Shown one piece after another: positions 1 to 13,090 of a stretch of 64,000 nucleotides of DNA (within the stretch, counting starts at the first letter, position 1; each line of letters starts with the position of its first letter). The translations under genes and the position numbers were made by a program. The stretch is from Lytechinus pictus (taxonomy: Eukaryota): the NCBI RefSeq assembly GCF_037042905.1, contig NC_087245.1, positions 38,504,001 through 38,568,000 on the forward strand. The letters are read 5' to 3'. The notes under the pieces are model-generated. The model did no database searches and was not told where the DNA came from. It saw nothing but the letters and a program-made list of their open reading frames with translations.

Positions 1-712
1 CTAATGGCGGAAGCTGGATCCGCCCCTGACTTAGGCTTTCAGGATATAATACATGATAAATCTATTTAAAAAAAAATCAGATCGCGCTTCGCGTTCTCAT
101 TATTTATTTAGGCCTTGTGAGATACCTCAATTTTTTTTTAAAGAATGAAATATCAGATTTTCTTTGACGTCTACCCCCCCCCCCCATTTCATTTATTTTT
201 TTTAACTTGGTGCCCTCGCCACCCATCCCCCCCCCCCGTGCACCCATGCTGAATAAATACGCCACTGATGAGGAGAATTAGTCGATTGCTTCGAGATTGC
301 ACTATTCCCAAGAGGTTATCATTAATATTATTGAAGGGTATTCTAGCACAACAGTACAGAAACTACAGCTCCCGTTCACACAATATTCTAGTAGGGCCTA
401 CTCTGGTAAGAAGTTAAACCAAATTGAACCCCCCCCCCAAAAAAAAAAAAAAAAAAATCGCTCGTGCTTTGCGCTCCCATTGATATTACATTATATATTC
501 ATGGATTTTTTTTTCAAGAACACATGAAAAAGTGGTCTTTGTTTTTTTTTAAATGTGATTATAAGATAATTCAAAATCCATTTAAGGCACTTTAGTTTGC
601 CTGGCCGGGAGGGAGTGGGCGCCATTTTTCGAAAAGTACACATATGGGCGCCAAAAATCAGGTCAAATGTGCCCCCCCCCCTCCCTCCCCACGAAATCCT
701 GGATCCGCGCCT

Positions 713-1665
713 GGGTTCTATAACAATAACCCAATTAGGGCAATCACCCCCTGACAACTACTTCAAGGAAAATATTATCCCCATATTTTTACCGGCGGGG
801 ACTGATACCCCCCCCCCGGAAATTTACCCTCCAGATAATTACCCCGGATAATTACCCCTAGTATGGAGCCTTGAAAATGCCATTAACGTGACGACATGGC
901 GTGGTACTTTATCTTGCCATGTCTTAATTAATCATTGGCGGCGGAAGGCAAAAAAATTTAGGGGGGTCCACCTGAAATTTTGGGATGGACACAGGTAAAA
1001 AAATTGACAAGCAAATCAACCAAAATTTATAGGAAGGACCACCAATTTTGAAAAATTTTTGACAAGAAAAAAGGTTATAAACCAAAATTAGGGGGACAAA
1101 AATATTTTAGGGGGGGTCCACCTCAATTTAGGGGGGACGTAGAAAACAAATTGACAAGCAAAAAAAAGGTTCTCAACTAAAAATCTAGGGGGGACCGTCC
1201 CCACCTCAAATTTAGGAGGAAAGGTCCCCCCCCCCCGCTTCCGCCGCCTAAGTAATTAATACGCTTATTATTTTGACATAGCGATATATTCTATCTTGTC
1301 AAGTCGATATGTCCACATGGCGAGATATGAAGTGTACAAGCCCCGGCGAGAATCCCGATATATCGCTATGTTGACATGTAACTTATTTAAGTCGACTTGG
1401 CAAGATAAAATATCTCGCCATGTTGACATATAACTTTTTATAAGTGGACTGACTTGGCAGGATAACGTATCGCGCCATTATTTAGTCGACATGGCAAGAT
1501 AAAGTATCTCGCCCTGTCGTCAAGTCGATGGCTCCGTATGGCGTCTAGAGGGTAAATTTCCGGGGGGGTGGGGTAACAGTCCCTGACGATAAAATATGGG
1601 GATAATATTTTCCTTGAAGTAGATGTCAGGGGGCGATTGTCCTTTGGGTCATCGTTATAGAACCC
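713..1665. mobile_element. Inverted-repeat (foldback/MITE) element with nested insertions
   Basis: ~120-bp arms 713-835 and 1544-1665 are reverse complements. The interior has gtcgacatggcaagata-type repeats. Confidence 0.75.
933..1252. mobile_element. hAT-type MITE with an 8-bp TSD
   Basis: TIRs CATTGGCGGCGGAAG / CTTCCGCCGCCTAAG, exact flanking duplication TAATTAAT (925-932 and 1253-1260). Confidence 0.85.
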
Positions 1666-1744
1666 CAATGGACTCGTATCATTGGCCTTTTGACCTCTTG
1701 ATGGCATTGGATCTCACTATATCCTGACCATAATTTTACACACA

Positions 1745-1854
1745 CCGCGGGCTATCGGACCCGCGGTCTATCGGACCCGCGGACTATCGGACCCGCGGTC
1801 TATCGGACCCGCGGGCTATCGGACCCGCGGTCTATCGGACCCGCGGTCTATCGG
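1745..1854. repeat. 16-bp tandem repeat CCGCGG(G/T/A)CTATCGGAC, about 7 copies
   Basis: Read directly. The array ends in gggctgtaacc, which resembles a transposon terminus. Confidence 0.95.
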
Positions 1855-3830
1855 GCTGTAACCGGTTATTCATACTGTTTTTAATACAGGGAAAGTAAAG
1901 ATTTGTACATATCAGTCCTATTTGTTTGATTTGAGTTGCTTTGAAAAAAAATTGTAAAATATCTTTCTCTCTCTGCATAGCATTTCTGTATGACATTCAG
2001 GCACCTCTTATACTAAATTCCCCCCGGTGACGTCACACTCCGAGTGACTTTTCTGTACACTCGTCTCTCGGGCTCTGACAGGTGGCTAATTTCATAGACT
2101 TTCAAAGCAAAATATCGAGAAGGCAGAGGATTATTGTGACATGCTATGTGTTTGAACAACTTATATATACTATATATTGTATGTAGAACCTATATTTATG
2201 GAAACTCACCCCCTTCTTAATTCAACTTTAAGCTTTATACACTCTTAAAAATAAGTAACCAACCTGTTGAACATGTCTCCGACCGATTTTTATGGTCAAT
2301 ATCAACAATTCTGGTAAATTCTAACCAATAAATTGGCTGATTTTGACCACTTTTGTCTGTCAGACAGAGTCATATGCAACAAAACATTGATTATTCTGAC
2401 GAATGTAAATCGCTCTTCAAGGAAAGTAACATTCCCGCAAGGAGTGACAATATGCTTTCGAAAACCACTATGAACTACTTGACCGCACAACTTCCTGTGG
2501 ATGGAAAACAAACATCATTGCCACTATGGCTTTCTGAGAGTGCACGGGCCACCTCGGGTGGTTACGAGCGGTCGATTCATATCTAATCTAGATCAATGTT
2601 TGATCAAACATTGTAAACACTTGCAATATTTGTTTTGAAACCTGGCTGTAATATAAGAAACTAAGCTATGTTAATATTTTCCAAGTATTTCACTTGAAAC
2701 AGGTAAAAAGGTTTGAGGCTTTTATATGGGGTGGGAAGAGGGGGACGGGTGGAAGGGTATTCATGTTCAAAGCCGGTGTGTTGGCTCAGTTGGTAGATCG
2801 TCCGCCTCACAACCGCGTCAGACCAAAAGCCTTGTCGATCTGGCGCTGCACATGGCTGCCGGGCCCATGATCAATCGGGCAAAACGAATTTTCGGACTAC
2901 TTTATTTCTGTATCAGATTTCGATTTTTGAACAATAAATTGTGGATTTTCATTTTCATGTAGACGTGGCAATCTATAGTTTATCTTTTATTTTTATCCAT
3001 CAATATCAGAATGATTTTGTCGACCATGGTCAACAGATCCCAAATCATTTGATTCTAATAACATCTGATATAAACGCGAACTGAAAAAATAATCAAGATT
3101 TCTTTAAGATTAGATCGTTAAGATTAGATCTTCCTTTTTTTCGAACATAAATGCAAAGCATTGAAAAAGTTTAAATGGTGTTTCATTTGATTTTTTTTCT
3201 GGGGATCTTTAAAAATCTCCCAAAGAGTAGAGAGATCACCTGATATAGCAGAGAGGTGTAGCACAATGACAACAGACGCAATTGCCACTGGGGCCTAACT
3301 GTTTCATACTACCCATCCATCCCAGTGTTCACTGTCCTCTGGTCACCTTCTCTTCAGGAATTGGGTCGTCTTAGTATATCGATCCTCTCTGACTCCCTTC
3401 CCCTATTCTGGTTCTTCACATGACACCTCCTCCTGTCTCGTATCTCACGAGATTTCTTTATTGCTACTTGACAAGCCAATCAAATCGAGTGTTAGTAATT
3501 ACAAATCTGAATGAAGGGCCAATCAACTGAAGTGTTTGTAATTTCCATTGTCCACACCAAGTCACCTGCGCGTCGTTTAATCACTTCCGGTTCTTTTTAA
3601 TATCCAAACGACATCAATGTAAAATGTGATCACACTTCGTTTTGTTCTTAAATTATTATCACATAAATAGTTTACCATTGAAATTCGCATTAAATTCACT
3701 TTTTAATCCAAGTTGACAAAAATTCCGCAACCCTCCGAATCATGTGCTCGCTCTACTATTGACGCCAGTTTTAATAAACCGGGTTCATTAAAAAATATAT
3801 ATACATGACTGCAATTGGAAGTGCATACAG

Positions 3831-3958
3831 GGTACCGTAACACAAAGGTTAGCGATTGATCGTATGCTTGATTTTCACGATTGATTGTACATTGTAGTCA
3901 ATGGAATCAATCGTAAAAATATGTTCTACGATCGTTGCTAAGTTTTGTGTTACGGGCC
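3831..3958. mobile_element. Short palindromic MITE
   Basis: ccgtaacacaaaggttagcgattgatcgta and tacgatcgttgctaagttttgtgttacgg are imperfect inverted arms. Confidence 0.7.
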
Positions 3959-4229
3959 TCTGGCCCAGTGGTTTTACATTAATACACTTTGTCGAAATCA
4001 AAAATTTGCCATAAAATATTCATGCGTTATACGACGGAGGTGCTGTGACCGAGAAATCAAAGTTGCCTATCCATACACTGTCATGAGTGACGCTTATATC
4101 CTTGAGCAATTCATTTAATCAACATTGCTATTTTGTCGTAATGCAAACAAAAAAAATATATGCATTTCTGATATCAACGTATAAGTAGAAGTTTGTCACA
4201 TACATAATTTACCCTCGAAATTGACATTA

Positions 4230-4730
4230 AATTTCTCAAAACTTAGCAAACTGCTCACCAACTGGAATATAAGCAGTAACACACGATTACGCCTCATCAG
4301 ATGCTATGTGTGGTCCATCTTCATGTACGGCAGTGAGACATTGACATTAAACTCATGTATGGAAAAGAAAATAGAGGCCTTCGAAATGTGGTCCCATCGC
4401 AGAAATTGCCGGGTATCGTGGAAGGAAAGGAATTAAACAATGATGTCCTGAAACTAATGGATCTCTCACGGAAAGAACTATTGATATCAATAAAAGAACA
4501 CAAACTCTCATATTATGGACATATTAGAAGACATGAATTTGTTGTCAAAGAAAATCATGGAGGGAAAAAATGACGGTAAAAGAGGAAGGGGACGTTAAAG
4601 GAAAAGCTGGCTTAAAAATATTGAAGAGATGACAGGCATAAAGATAAACGAATGCTGCAAGATAGCACTGGACAGAGACAGATGGAAAACCATGACATCC
4701 AACCTCTTCAAAGAGAAGGAACAGCGTGCA
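4230..4730 (+). mobile_element. Decayed 3' end of an RTE-clade non-LTR retrotransposon
   Basis: Frameshifted translation TRLRLIRCYVWSIFMYGSETLTL...KIEAFEMW...VSWKER...KLSYYGHIRR...GKRGRGR...ALDRDRWK, typical of the RTE ORF C-terminus. Confidence 0.85.
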
Positions 4731-4949
4731 TGTGTAAGGAGAAGTTTCGCTTATTTTATCCTACTATTATTTGGTTTTACTTTCAAATGTATTCATTGTT
4801 ATTTTTTTTTATTGGGGAAGTCCTTTAAATTGATGAATATTTCTTAATATCCAGAGCAACTTACACCGATTGTTTATGTGTGTGGGGTGGGTGTGTATGT
4901 GTGATTATAATTTAAGTTATGCGGGTGATGATGATTAGTGGTAGTGGAT

Positions 4950-5025
4950 GTGATGATGATGATGATGATGATGATAATGATGATGATGATGATGATAATG
5001 ATGATGATGATGATGGTAATAATAA
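4950..5025. repeat. (GAT)n microsatellite
   Basis: Read directly. Confidence 0.95.
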
Positions 5026-8000
5026 TTAGATCTAATTTAACAACGAGAAGAATGATACAACCAAAGAATATCAAATGAAATCATAGCTAAATACGATTAC
5101 AACTTGGAACACTTTCGTCACTCCATCACTATACACAGTCATACGTGTCCATGGAAACGCGAGTCAACAGTGCGCAGAGTCCATCAAATCCTAATTATGA
5201 AAAAAAAGAAATATATTAATTAAGGATGCTCATGTGCAACTCTGAATATATTTGATAAAAGTACACGACTCACGCAACATCGCATAATTAGAAGCGATGC
5301 CAACCAAAATGAGTGTCCTTGCAGCACATGAAATCCATAGACCATGAAGGATTGTTACCGTCAAAATAGCACATTCTTTCGGGGTAACTAAATGCCTCGA
5401 TATTAGTATGACGTAGGATGCTGCCTGCATAAATAGCTACGAGTGGGACTACTAAATCCTTTACCAGCCCCATCTCGCAAATTTTCATTAAATTTCGCTT
5501 TGGTAACCAAATTCAGGGTCTAAATATGGAGGTATTTCCATGAAATCTATGAATAAACAGCTCAGCCTTATTTTGCCTCGGATCGTCATATCGAGAATCC
5601 ATATTTAAACTTTACTTTCTGGTGCACTTTCAAACTTGTGAGCAGTCATTGCTCTTTGAGTGCATTACATGACTGCAACATGGGCCTCTATCACTGAACT
5701 CTACCAATAGTTATTTTACTAAAGGGAAGTAACATTGTATATTCATCATGAATGTATTCGTTTCATTTTATTTGAATTGGTACATATTCCGTATAGCACT
5801 TTTGGTACCCCATTAATAATGTTCCCGACATTGGCGTATAATATTACAGTTTAACGTGTTGGCTTAAACGATAAGAAAATAATAATGAAAGGTAAATGCG
5901 GGTTTTTTTTTTTTTTTTTTTGGCCAATCAGGTATTTCTCGTAAAAAAATACATTTATAAAGAATGTAGGGGGACGTGAAATTGTAATATCTTACAAATT
6001 TACGTAGGTCTATATGCTGGCTCCAACGAGATGACTAAACAGTAAGATAAATCAAACACAATAAATACATGTCGGAGAATTTCAATGTACCCGGCCCATC
6101 ATACGTTTTCACCAAATCAATCATCCCTCAATCAATCCGATATGAATTACACTAAATTGACGGGCGAGGACGAAGTCGACGACGAATTAGCGGTTGAGTT
6201 CGCAATATTTCATCGACAGGCCATGCACGCAGCGCGAAGGTTGTACATGGATATTAATAATACCAGTCAATTGGTTTAAGCCTATACCCCAAGGGGGAGG
6301 AATATGGTATATGTATAGACGTGTTGCTTGCATGCATGTAAAATGAATGGAGCATCGCTACAATATTTATTATTGACCCGCAATTCCAATCGTTTATAAT
6401 TCATTTAAGACTTAAGAGTGTTCAAATTTATAACAAAAATATGTGACAAAGTTATTAAACTGCTTGTACCTTTCATGTCATAAAATATGGGAAAAAATGT
6501 TGAAAGTTGGCCTTATACCCCTTCTTTTTTACGACATCGAATGTAAAACGAGTATATAGGGAAATCTATAGAAGATAGAAGTATGAACGATTTCTTATTT
6601 TTATTTACCAAGTCTTCTCTTCACCTTATCATATTCACTCGTCTTCCACTTAGTTTTCCTCTTATATTTTCTAATCTTCTTTCCCTTTTTATATATCTTA
6701 TCCCTTTTTTTTCTTTTTTTTTTGCATCCAAAAGAGGGGGCCATGGTGCCTTCGGCCCCCTCCCCTGGATCCGCCTATTATCTACATCTATGTACTGAGA
6801 AAACTATAGAATATACATGTGGGCTTAGGTAGAAAGCTAGACAGGCGTATACGAAGCGCATGGGAAACATGAGTGATACTGATGTTTGGTGCATGAGCAT
6901 TGCCCATTGGCCGGTTTACAAGGTTGAGTATGCCATACATGCAAATTAAATTATTGAAACAATAATTTTATCAAATCAAATGTCATGGAACCATCAAATT
7001 TAACATGTCTTTTTTTTCTTTCTAAAGCCGTTCATACACGATAGAAAAACGAACAGATGTTAAAGTACAATGCTTATAAACTGGTATAATACATTATAAT
7101 GCTTCGAAATCAAACAATAGCATCAATTTGTATATAGGCCCCCTATTATGTTCGAGCGTTGATCAATTTCTTACAGAAATAATCAAATAAAGTGAGCACA
7201 GATAACGTGAAATCTTCCTTTCTTCTGTTGCAAAATTTCGCATATCCAGCAAACCCTTCCGCGAAAAGCGTATCCCAAATCCACGGTCCCAACTTACCTA
7301 TTTGTTCATTCCCGACCCAGTATCTGTTACACCCAAGGGAGTGTCATCTATCGGTCTAGCCACGGGGGTAGATTTCGTGAAAACCCGCGCGAACTCTTCT
7401 AATATATAATTCATTCCTTCAAGGCGTATATATGAATGATAATGATCCAAGGTGTGTCTATGGTGGCCGCGATAAGTCACTTTTCCTTGCCGAGTATTCA
7501 TTGTTCATAATATATTACTTTTTAAAGGTTCATGGGGTTAATTACCGGAAAGTTTCCAAATTTTGTCACGTCGATGCCATCAAGTGGTTCAGTAAGGTTT
7601 ACTTAAAACAAAAAAAGAAGTAGTAGAAGACGAAGAAGAACAAGAAAAAAGAAGAAAAAGAAAATGCTTATTCTCAAAGTGGAAAATACAGCAAAAAGTA
7701 GGCATATTCGTAAATACTTCTGAAATAATAATTATTTAGGTCTTACTGAAAGAATTGCAATTCCGAAGTTCGAACGTCTTTATTCCATTCCTAATGAAGA
7801 ACAAAGCAATATGAATTTATTTTGGGAATAAAATCCTTTTTATGCTCGGGATTTGAAATATATCAATTTGACGTATGTGGAAATTCAAGAGTGGAATTAA
7901 AAGAAAACCTATCTTAGGGGGAAAATTAAGCTTCGACTCGGTTTTGCCGAAGTCACGGTGACAACATATCAGTAGCGTAGTATCACATAAGATTAAATCC

Positions 8001-9364
8001 GAGTACCCTCCCCCTTCTCTCTCTCTGCCTTCTTTCTATAAGTTGATGAGGTGGTTAGTACACTAATGCTATTTGACTGTCAAGTAGATCCTGATTGAAG
8101 CACTCTAATCTGATTAGAATAGATCATCACTCCTCCCAAGAGCATGGGGCCTCGTTGCAGGAATGGTTGCAATCGAACACAACTCTACACAAATCACACG
8201 CAACTTGATTTTTTAACCAATCAGCAGCGCGCATTTCTAGACTTACTTAAACGCAGCTCTCTGTGAAAAAGGCCCCCATATCACACGCAGTATTCATTCA
8301 CTATTAGATTGGAATGCAAAGGCAGTTCGACGTATTGGGAATCATTTTGTTCTTGTAATACCGAGTAATGGTCGTAAGGTAATTCGGAATAGTGTATATG
8401 GTCTGGCTTGATTTTGTATAGGGTTCGAATCCCCATGTATTTTTTTTTCAATTCACTTCTTTATTTCACTTCCAATCAAAACATGATACAAAGTAATATA
8501 AATCAAGTATACAATTTTACAGACCAGCATTCTTACTTCGTAAAACAAAAAACAGTATGATATTGAGCATAAATGGAAATGAGGGGGGTCCACTAAAAGC
8601 AAAGCTTGTAAAGTGTGGACCCCCCTTGGAAATGAAGAAAATATTGTCGACTTATTCATATATGCGTATATATACAGGAAAGAAAAAAAAGAAGGAACAC
8701 AAAGGTCGAAATCACATTGATGTAAACATAATTACTGACCAAATGTAAAGCTATTCACACAAAGAGGTCTTCGCTGTGAAGAGTATGTTGCGCATTAGAA
8801 AGAAGAAACGGAAGACAGGTTGAAACGAAAGCACGATTTGACGTATTGGAAATCATCTTGTTCTTGTGATACCGAGTATTGGTCGTATGGTAAAACAGTG
8901 GATATGACTGTGTTCGTGCTTTGATACATAAGGCGCACGGTTTGAATCTTACCGTGTCATTAGGAAGTGCATTGATTTGCCAGAATTGACGACCCATAAC
9001 ATCAGTGATACAATTTTCAATGAGTGGATATCCATTCGATGGATATAAATTTTCATGATTAGTATCACTCCACGATTATTATCAGTTTTGCTGGAAAGTA
9101 GTAGTGTAATACTTAGGTATAATGGAAGGGGATGAAGTTTGTAAAAAAAATTTAAAAGGAGATGAATGTGGATGGAAGATGAATGAAATTTATCACAGAA
9201 TAGGAATATAAAAGAAAGAGGAATACATTTTTAAACGAATAACAAAAAAGGTTTTATGTAAAAGCTGCGATATCAGTTCAAAATTATGAATTTTCTTGGC
9301 TGCCTGAAACATCGCATATCTAATTGGCTACACTGACTTTCCAACAGTGACATTATTAGCACAC

Positions 9365-9560
9365 TGAATGAATGAATGAATGAATGAATGGATGGATGGA
9401 TGGATGAATGAATGAATGAATGAATGAATGAATGAATGAATGAATGAACGAACAAACGAATGAACGAACGAATGAATGAATAAATAAATGAATGAACGAA
9501 CGAACAAACAAACGAATGAATGAATCGATTAGTTAATTAATCACTTGATGAACGAACGAA
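9365..9560. repeat. (GAAT)n/(GGAT)n/(GAAC)n compound microsatellite
   Basis: Read directly. Confidence 0.95.
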
Positions 9561-12500
9561 TACACTATTGCACAGAGTAGTTTAATATCTACCTCAGATA
9601 TGATTCTCCTTGTAATCATGTCAGAAAGTTTTTTGTCCTTGGTTCTACCCCATCACTCGTTACCCCCAACGAGGCTTGGCGGGGTCAATATAATCATGTT
9701 TTACCATGCTCGCATCAGCAACTGTTAAATTACTTCTACAAATTGGTCCCAATGGGCAAATAATTACTCTCGCCCGAGTGACTACCAACTCACGTTGGTA
9801 TCAATAATAGACGGGGTAGGTAAGGGGGGCAATTAACGGAGGCTGGCTTTTAATCAGTAACGACTGACAATGAACCGCGTAATTGAATCAATTGTATACA
9901 CATAAGGTTGGCATGGTATATATACGAATGGGCGCCATTTTGGGTGTATCGGATTAGCACTGAGTACAATTATTATCCGAATAGGTGAATTGCACACGAC
10001 CCTTTTCATTTTCATTCAATGTGTTAATAGGCATTTACAATGATATAAATGTGTTGAGTGTCTCTTTAAATTTAGTACAAAAGCACTCTCCTTTAAGTAC
10101 ATGGGCCTATATCCACGCCTGTGCAGATTTTGTTTTAATCTGTTTTGTTAAATTATTGTTGTATTTATGTCACCATGTAAAATGATATCAACACTGACAA
10201 CAGCATGATATTACATTTACAGATAAGAATACATACTAGGAACTAAACATAAACAAAAGATGTTTAAAGCGCAGAGTCCCGTAATAAAATTTTTTAAATC
10301 TATTCACTTTTAAAATATTCCTTGGAAATTATGTGTCTACAAATAAAACATGTATTTATGATATTTCGACTCGGTTGTTGTAATGGATGGAGAAAATTTC
10401 CTTCAAGATATGCTAAATATAATGGCAAATAACAAAAGTAATGCATTCATTATATAGGGGGCGATTCCGGGGGATACGGGGACATGTCCATCCATTCTTC
10501 TTCGAATGTGATTTTTTCTGGCAGCATATTGGGAAGAATCACCCCCCCTCTTATAGTGACCAAAACTTTGACGAAATCGCAGCGCATCGATATCTTATAC
10601 AGCTATTAACATTGGTATGGGTGGACCTAAATTTTTAATATATGAATATCATCATTATTCTTTAATTTTTGGATGAAAAAAAAACGACATGCCCGATAAA
10701 GATTTTGATTTATTCATTTGGAAAAATATTGAAAATGTTCTTTGAAGTTTGTGTTAATAGAAAATAAAACCAAAATATCAAGAATGATTTTGAAGTATCC
10801 ATTTGAAAATATTGAGACGTCATTGAAGTTTGTATTATATGAAATAAAAATATAATATGAAGATGAATATTTCGGATTGCGGTGTTGGAATGGTTGATCT
10901 AAAGAAAATCAAAACCCTGAATTTGAAACAAACAAAAAAATATTGGAGAAACAGACCCGGTAGGTGGCATCCTAAAGAAACAACAACAAACTGAACGAAA
11001 TGTCGTCAATATTTCCGTATAACGGATGAACGTGGCGGCACTGGCAACAGCGTTTTTTTCAATCAGATAAAACCAAATCCAGAAATAAACAAGCAAAAGG
11101 TTCACTTTTTATGAAGACATCACTCGGCGAATTCTGTGAATGGATTCTTCGACCATCAATAAGGTGGCTTATGGACGGATCCCTGTTTGTTTTCCCTCTT
11201 TTCAATAACCTGCAATTATCTTGACAGTCAATATATTATCTACTCTTTGGAGACGGAAAGGGGGTCCTTCGTTTTAATCAAGGTTTGAGGTCTGTAAACT
11301 TAATGAAGAAGGAAGAGAGAGGGAGTAAGGGGACGGGAATACGACTCTCGGTCTTATTTCACTTCGACGTCATCTTTCGAACGAGCCGCAACGATTTGCT
11401 TGCCGATTTCTTTATCGAGAGACAAAAATACAGGATCTATTTTGGACATCACTAAATATCGGGGTCAATTTTTTGTTGCGTATTCTGCTCTCATTAAAAG
11501 TGCATATTTCAAAGTGTATCTGTGTCTCCTATAGCAATCACCTCGTCCGTCTTTCCGTCTCCATATTTTTTTCAATCCAGAGAAAATATTTATCGTTCGG
11601 TAAAACACAGGAATGAATGAACAAGTTAAGATTGAAACCCAAAATAAATCAGACATTTAACTAGTGGACGTAAAAAATATACAGTAGGTCCCCACTGGGT
11701 TGGATCGGAGCCTGGGGCAATTGCCCCCTTGAAAGTTCCAATGCAGAAAAAAATGGGGAAAATATGAAAACGAAAATTGAAGGAAATTACAAGAGTAAAG
11801 GGAAAACATGAAATTATTTTCTGGATATTTGTTAAAATCTGTAACGAGGTTAGATTTTCATTTTAAAAAGTCAATTCACTTTTTAGCTTTCTTCGCTCAC
11901 TTGCCATTATTCATATAATTACACCATATTCCCCTCCCAAAATTGTTGAATCACTACTACTGTACTTTCTAAAGTGCAAGGAATATTCATAATAGCAATT
12001 CAAAGATTTAGCCTACGTCTGTATGCAACAATATTGGCCTTATACGAAAATAACTTTTGCTTATTTTGAAGACATCCGAATTGTACAATAAGCAAAATTA
12101 TATCAAATTATGTTAAAATGTTGCAATGCTAAAATTGTGATTTCAATATATATATATTTTGCATATTAAACATACTCTTGGCATGATTAATTTCAGGCCT
12201 ATATTGCTTCATGACTTTTATTAATATCGACAAATACATTTAACAATACGCGAGGATTACGGACCGTTATTTTGTTCTCACCATTCTAAATCATTTTCAA
12301 CGTGGCATTGCTTTGCATGGCTTTTATGATTACATTTGAATGAGGGAAATGTGAACAGACCCTCCACAGTCTCCGTCCTTTATAGCAAATGTGAACAAAC
12401 CCGTCATAAAACACGAGCCGACTGACCCAGCAGCAAACCAATTTCACATGAAAATAAACAACATCTCTTCCAAATTAATAATACTTCCTCGTCGTCAATC

Positions 12501-12821
12501 AACATATATTCAAGCTCTTGGTTTTATTGTTAGGATGCCGTTATACCCGTTCATTTCGTAAGAGTGTAATCAGATCCGGAATTTCCACCATTCTGTACGT
12601 AATTAAAATGAACGATAAGTCATTCACCCTCATTTAATAAGAACATACTATTCAGTTTGATAGTGTATTATCTGTTGTTTTTTGTTTTTGTTTGTTCGTT
12701 TGCTTTGCTTTCACTACTGCGTTCAAAATAATACAATATTGTTTACATATGCAATATACAAAATAATCCATAATATAAACGATATAATCATAGTACATAA
12801 TGAATACAAAATAATGATCTG

Positions 12822-13090
12822 GGCCCCGTCTTACAAAGAGTTACGATTGATCCGATCAATCGTAACTCTTTGGAAATCCACCAGGGTCAAAATTTTGTCT
12901 ACAGGAAATTTGCACAATGTCTTTTGTAACCAAAGAGAAACACAGTGAATTTTCAAGAAAACGATGAATGCATGAATATACATCATAGCTAGAAAATGTT
13001 TTGAACAAACATGCATAATATATGTTGACGTTGCTGGCCGTCTATAGTTGCGATTGATCGGATCAATCACAACTCTTTGTAAGACGGGGC
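12822..13090. mobile_element. PIF/Harbinger-type MITE
   Basis: ~45-bp TIRs GGCCCCGTCTTACAAAGAGTT..., flanked by a CTG duplication. Confidence 0.85.

Noticed and set aside
1745..1854. CRISPR- or iteron-like 16-bp array
   Set aside because: No spacers. It is a simple tandem repeat, probably a transposon subterminal array.
7298..7501. Minus-strand ORF ending at a strong GTAAGT donor
   Set aside because: The only open frame stops right at the donor and has no recognisable homology.
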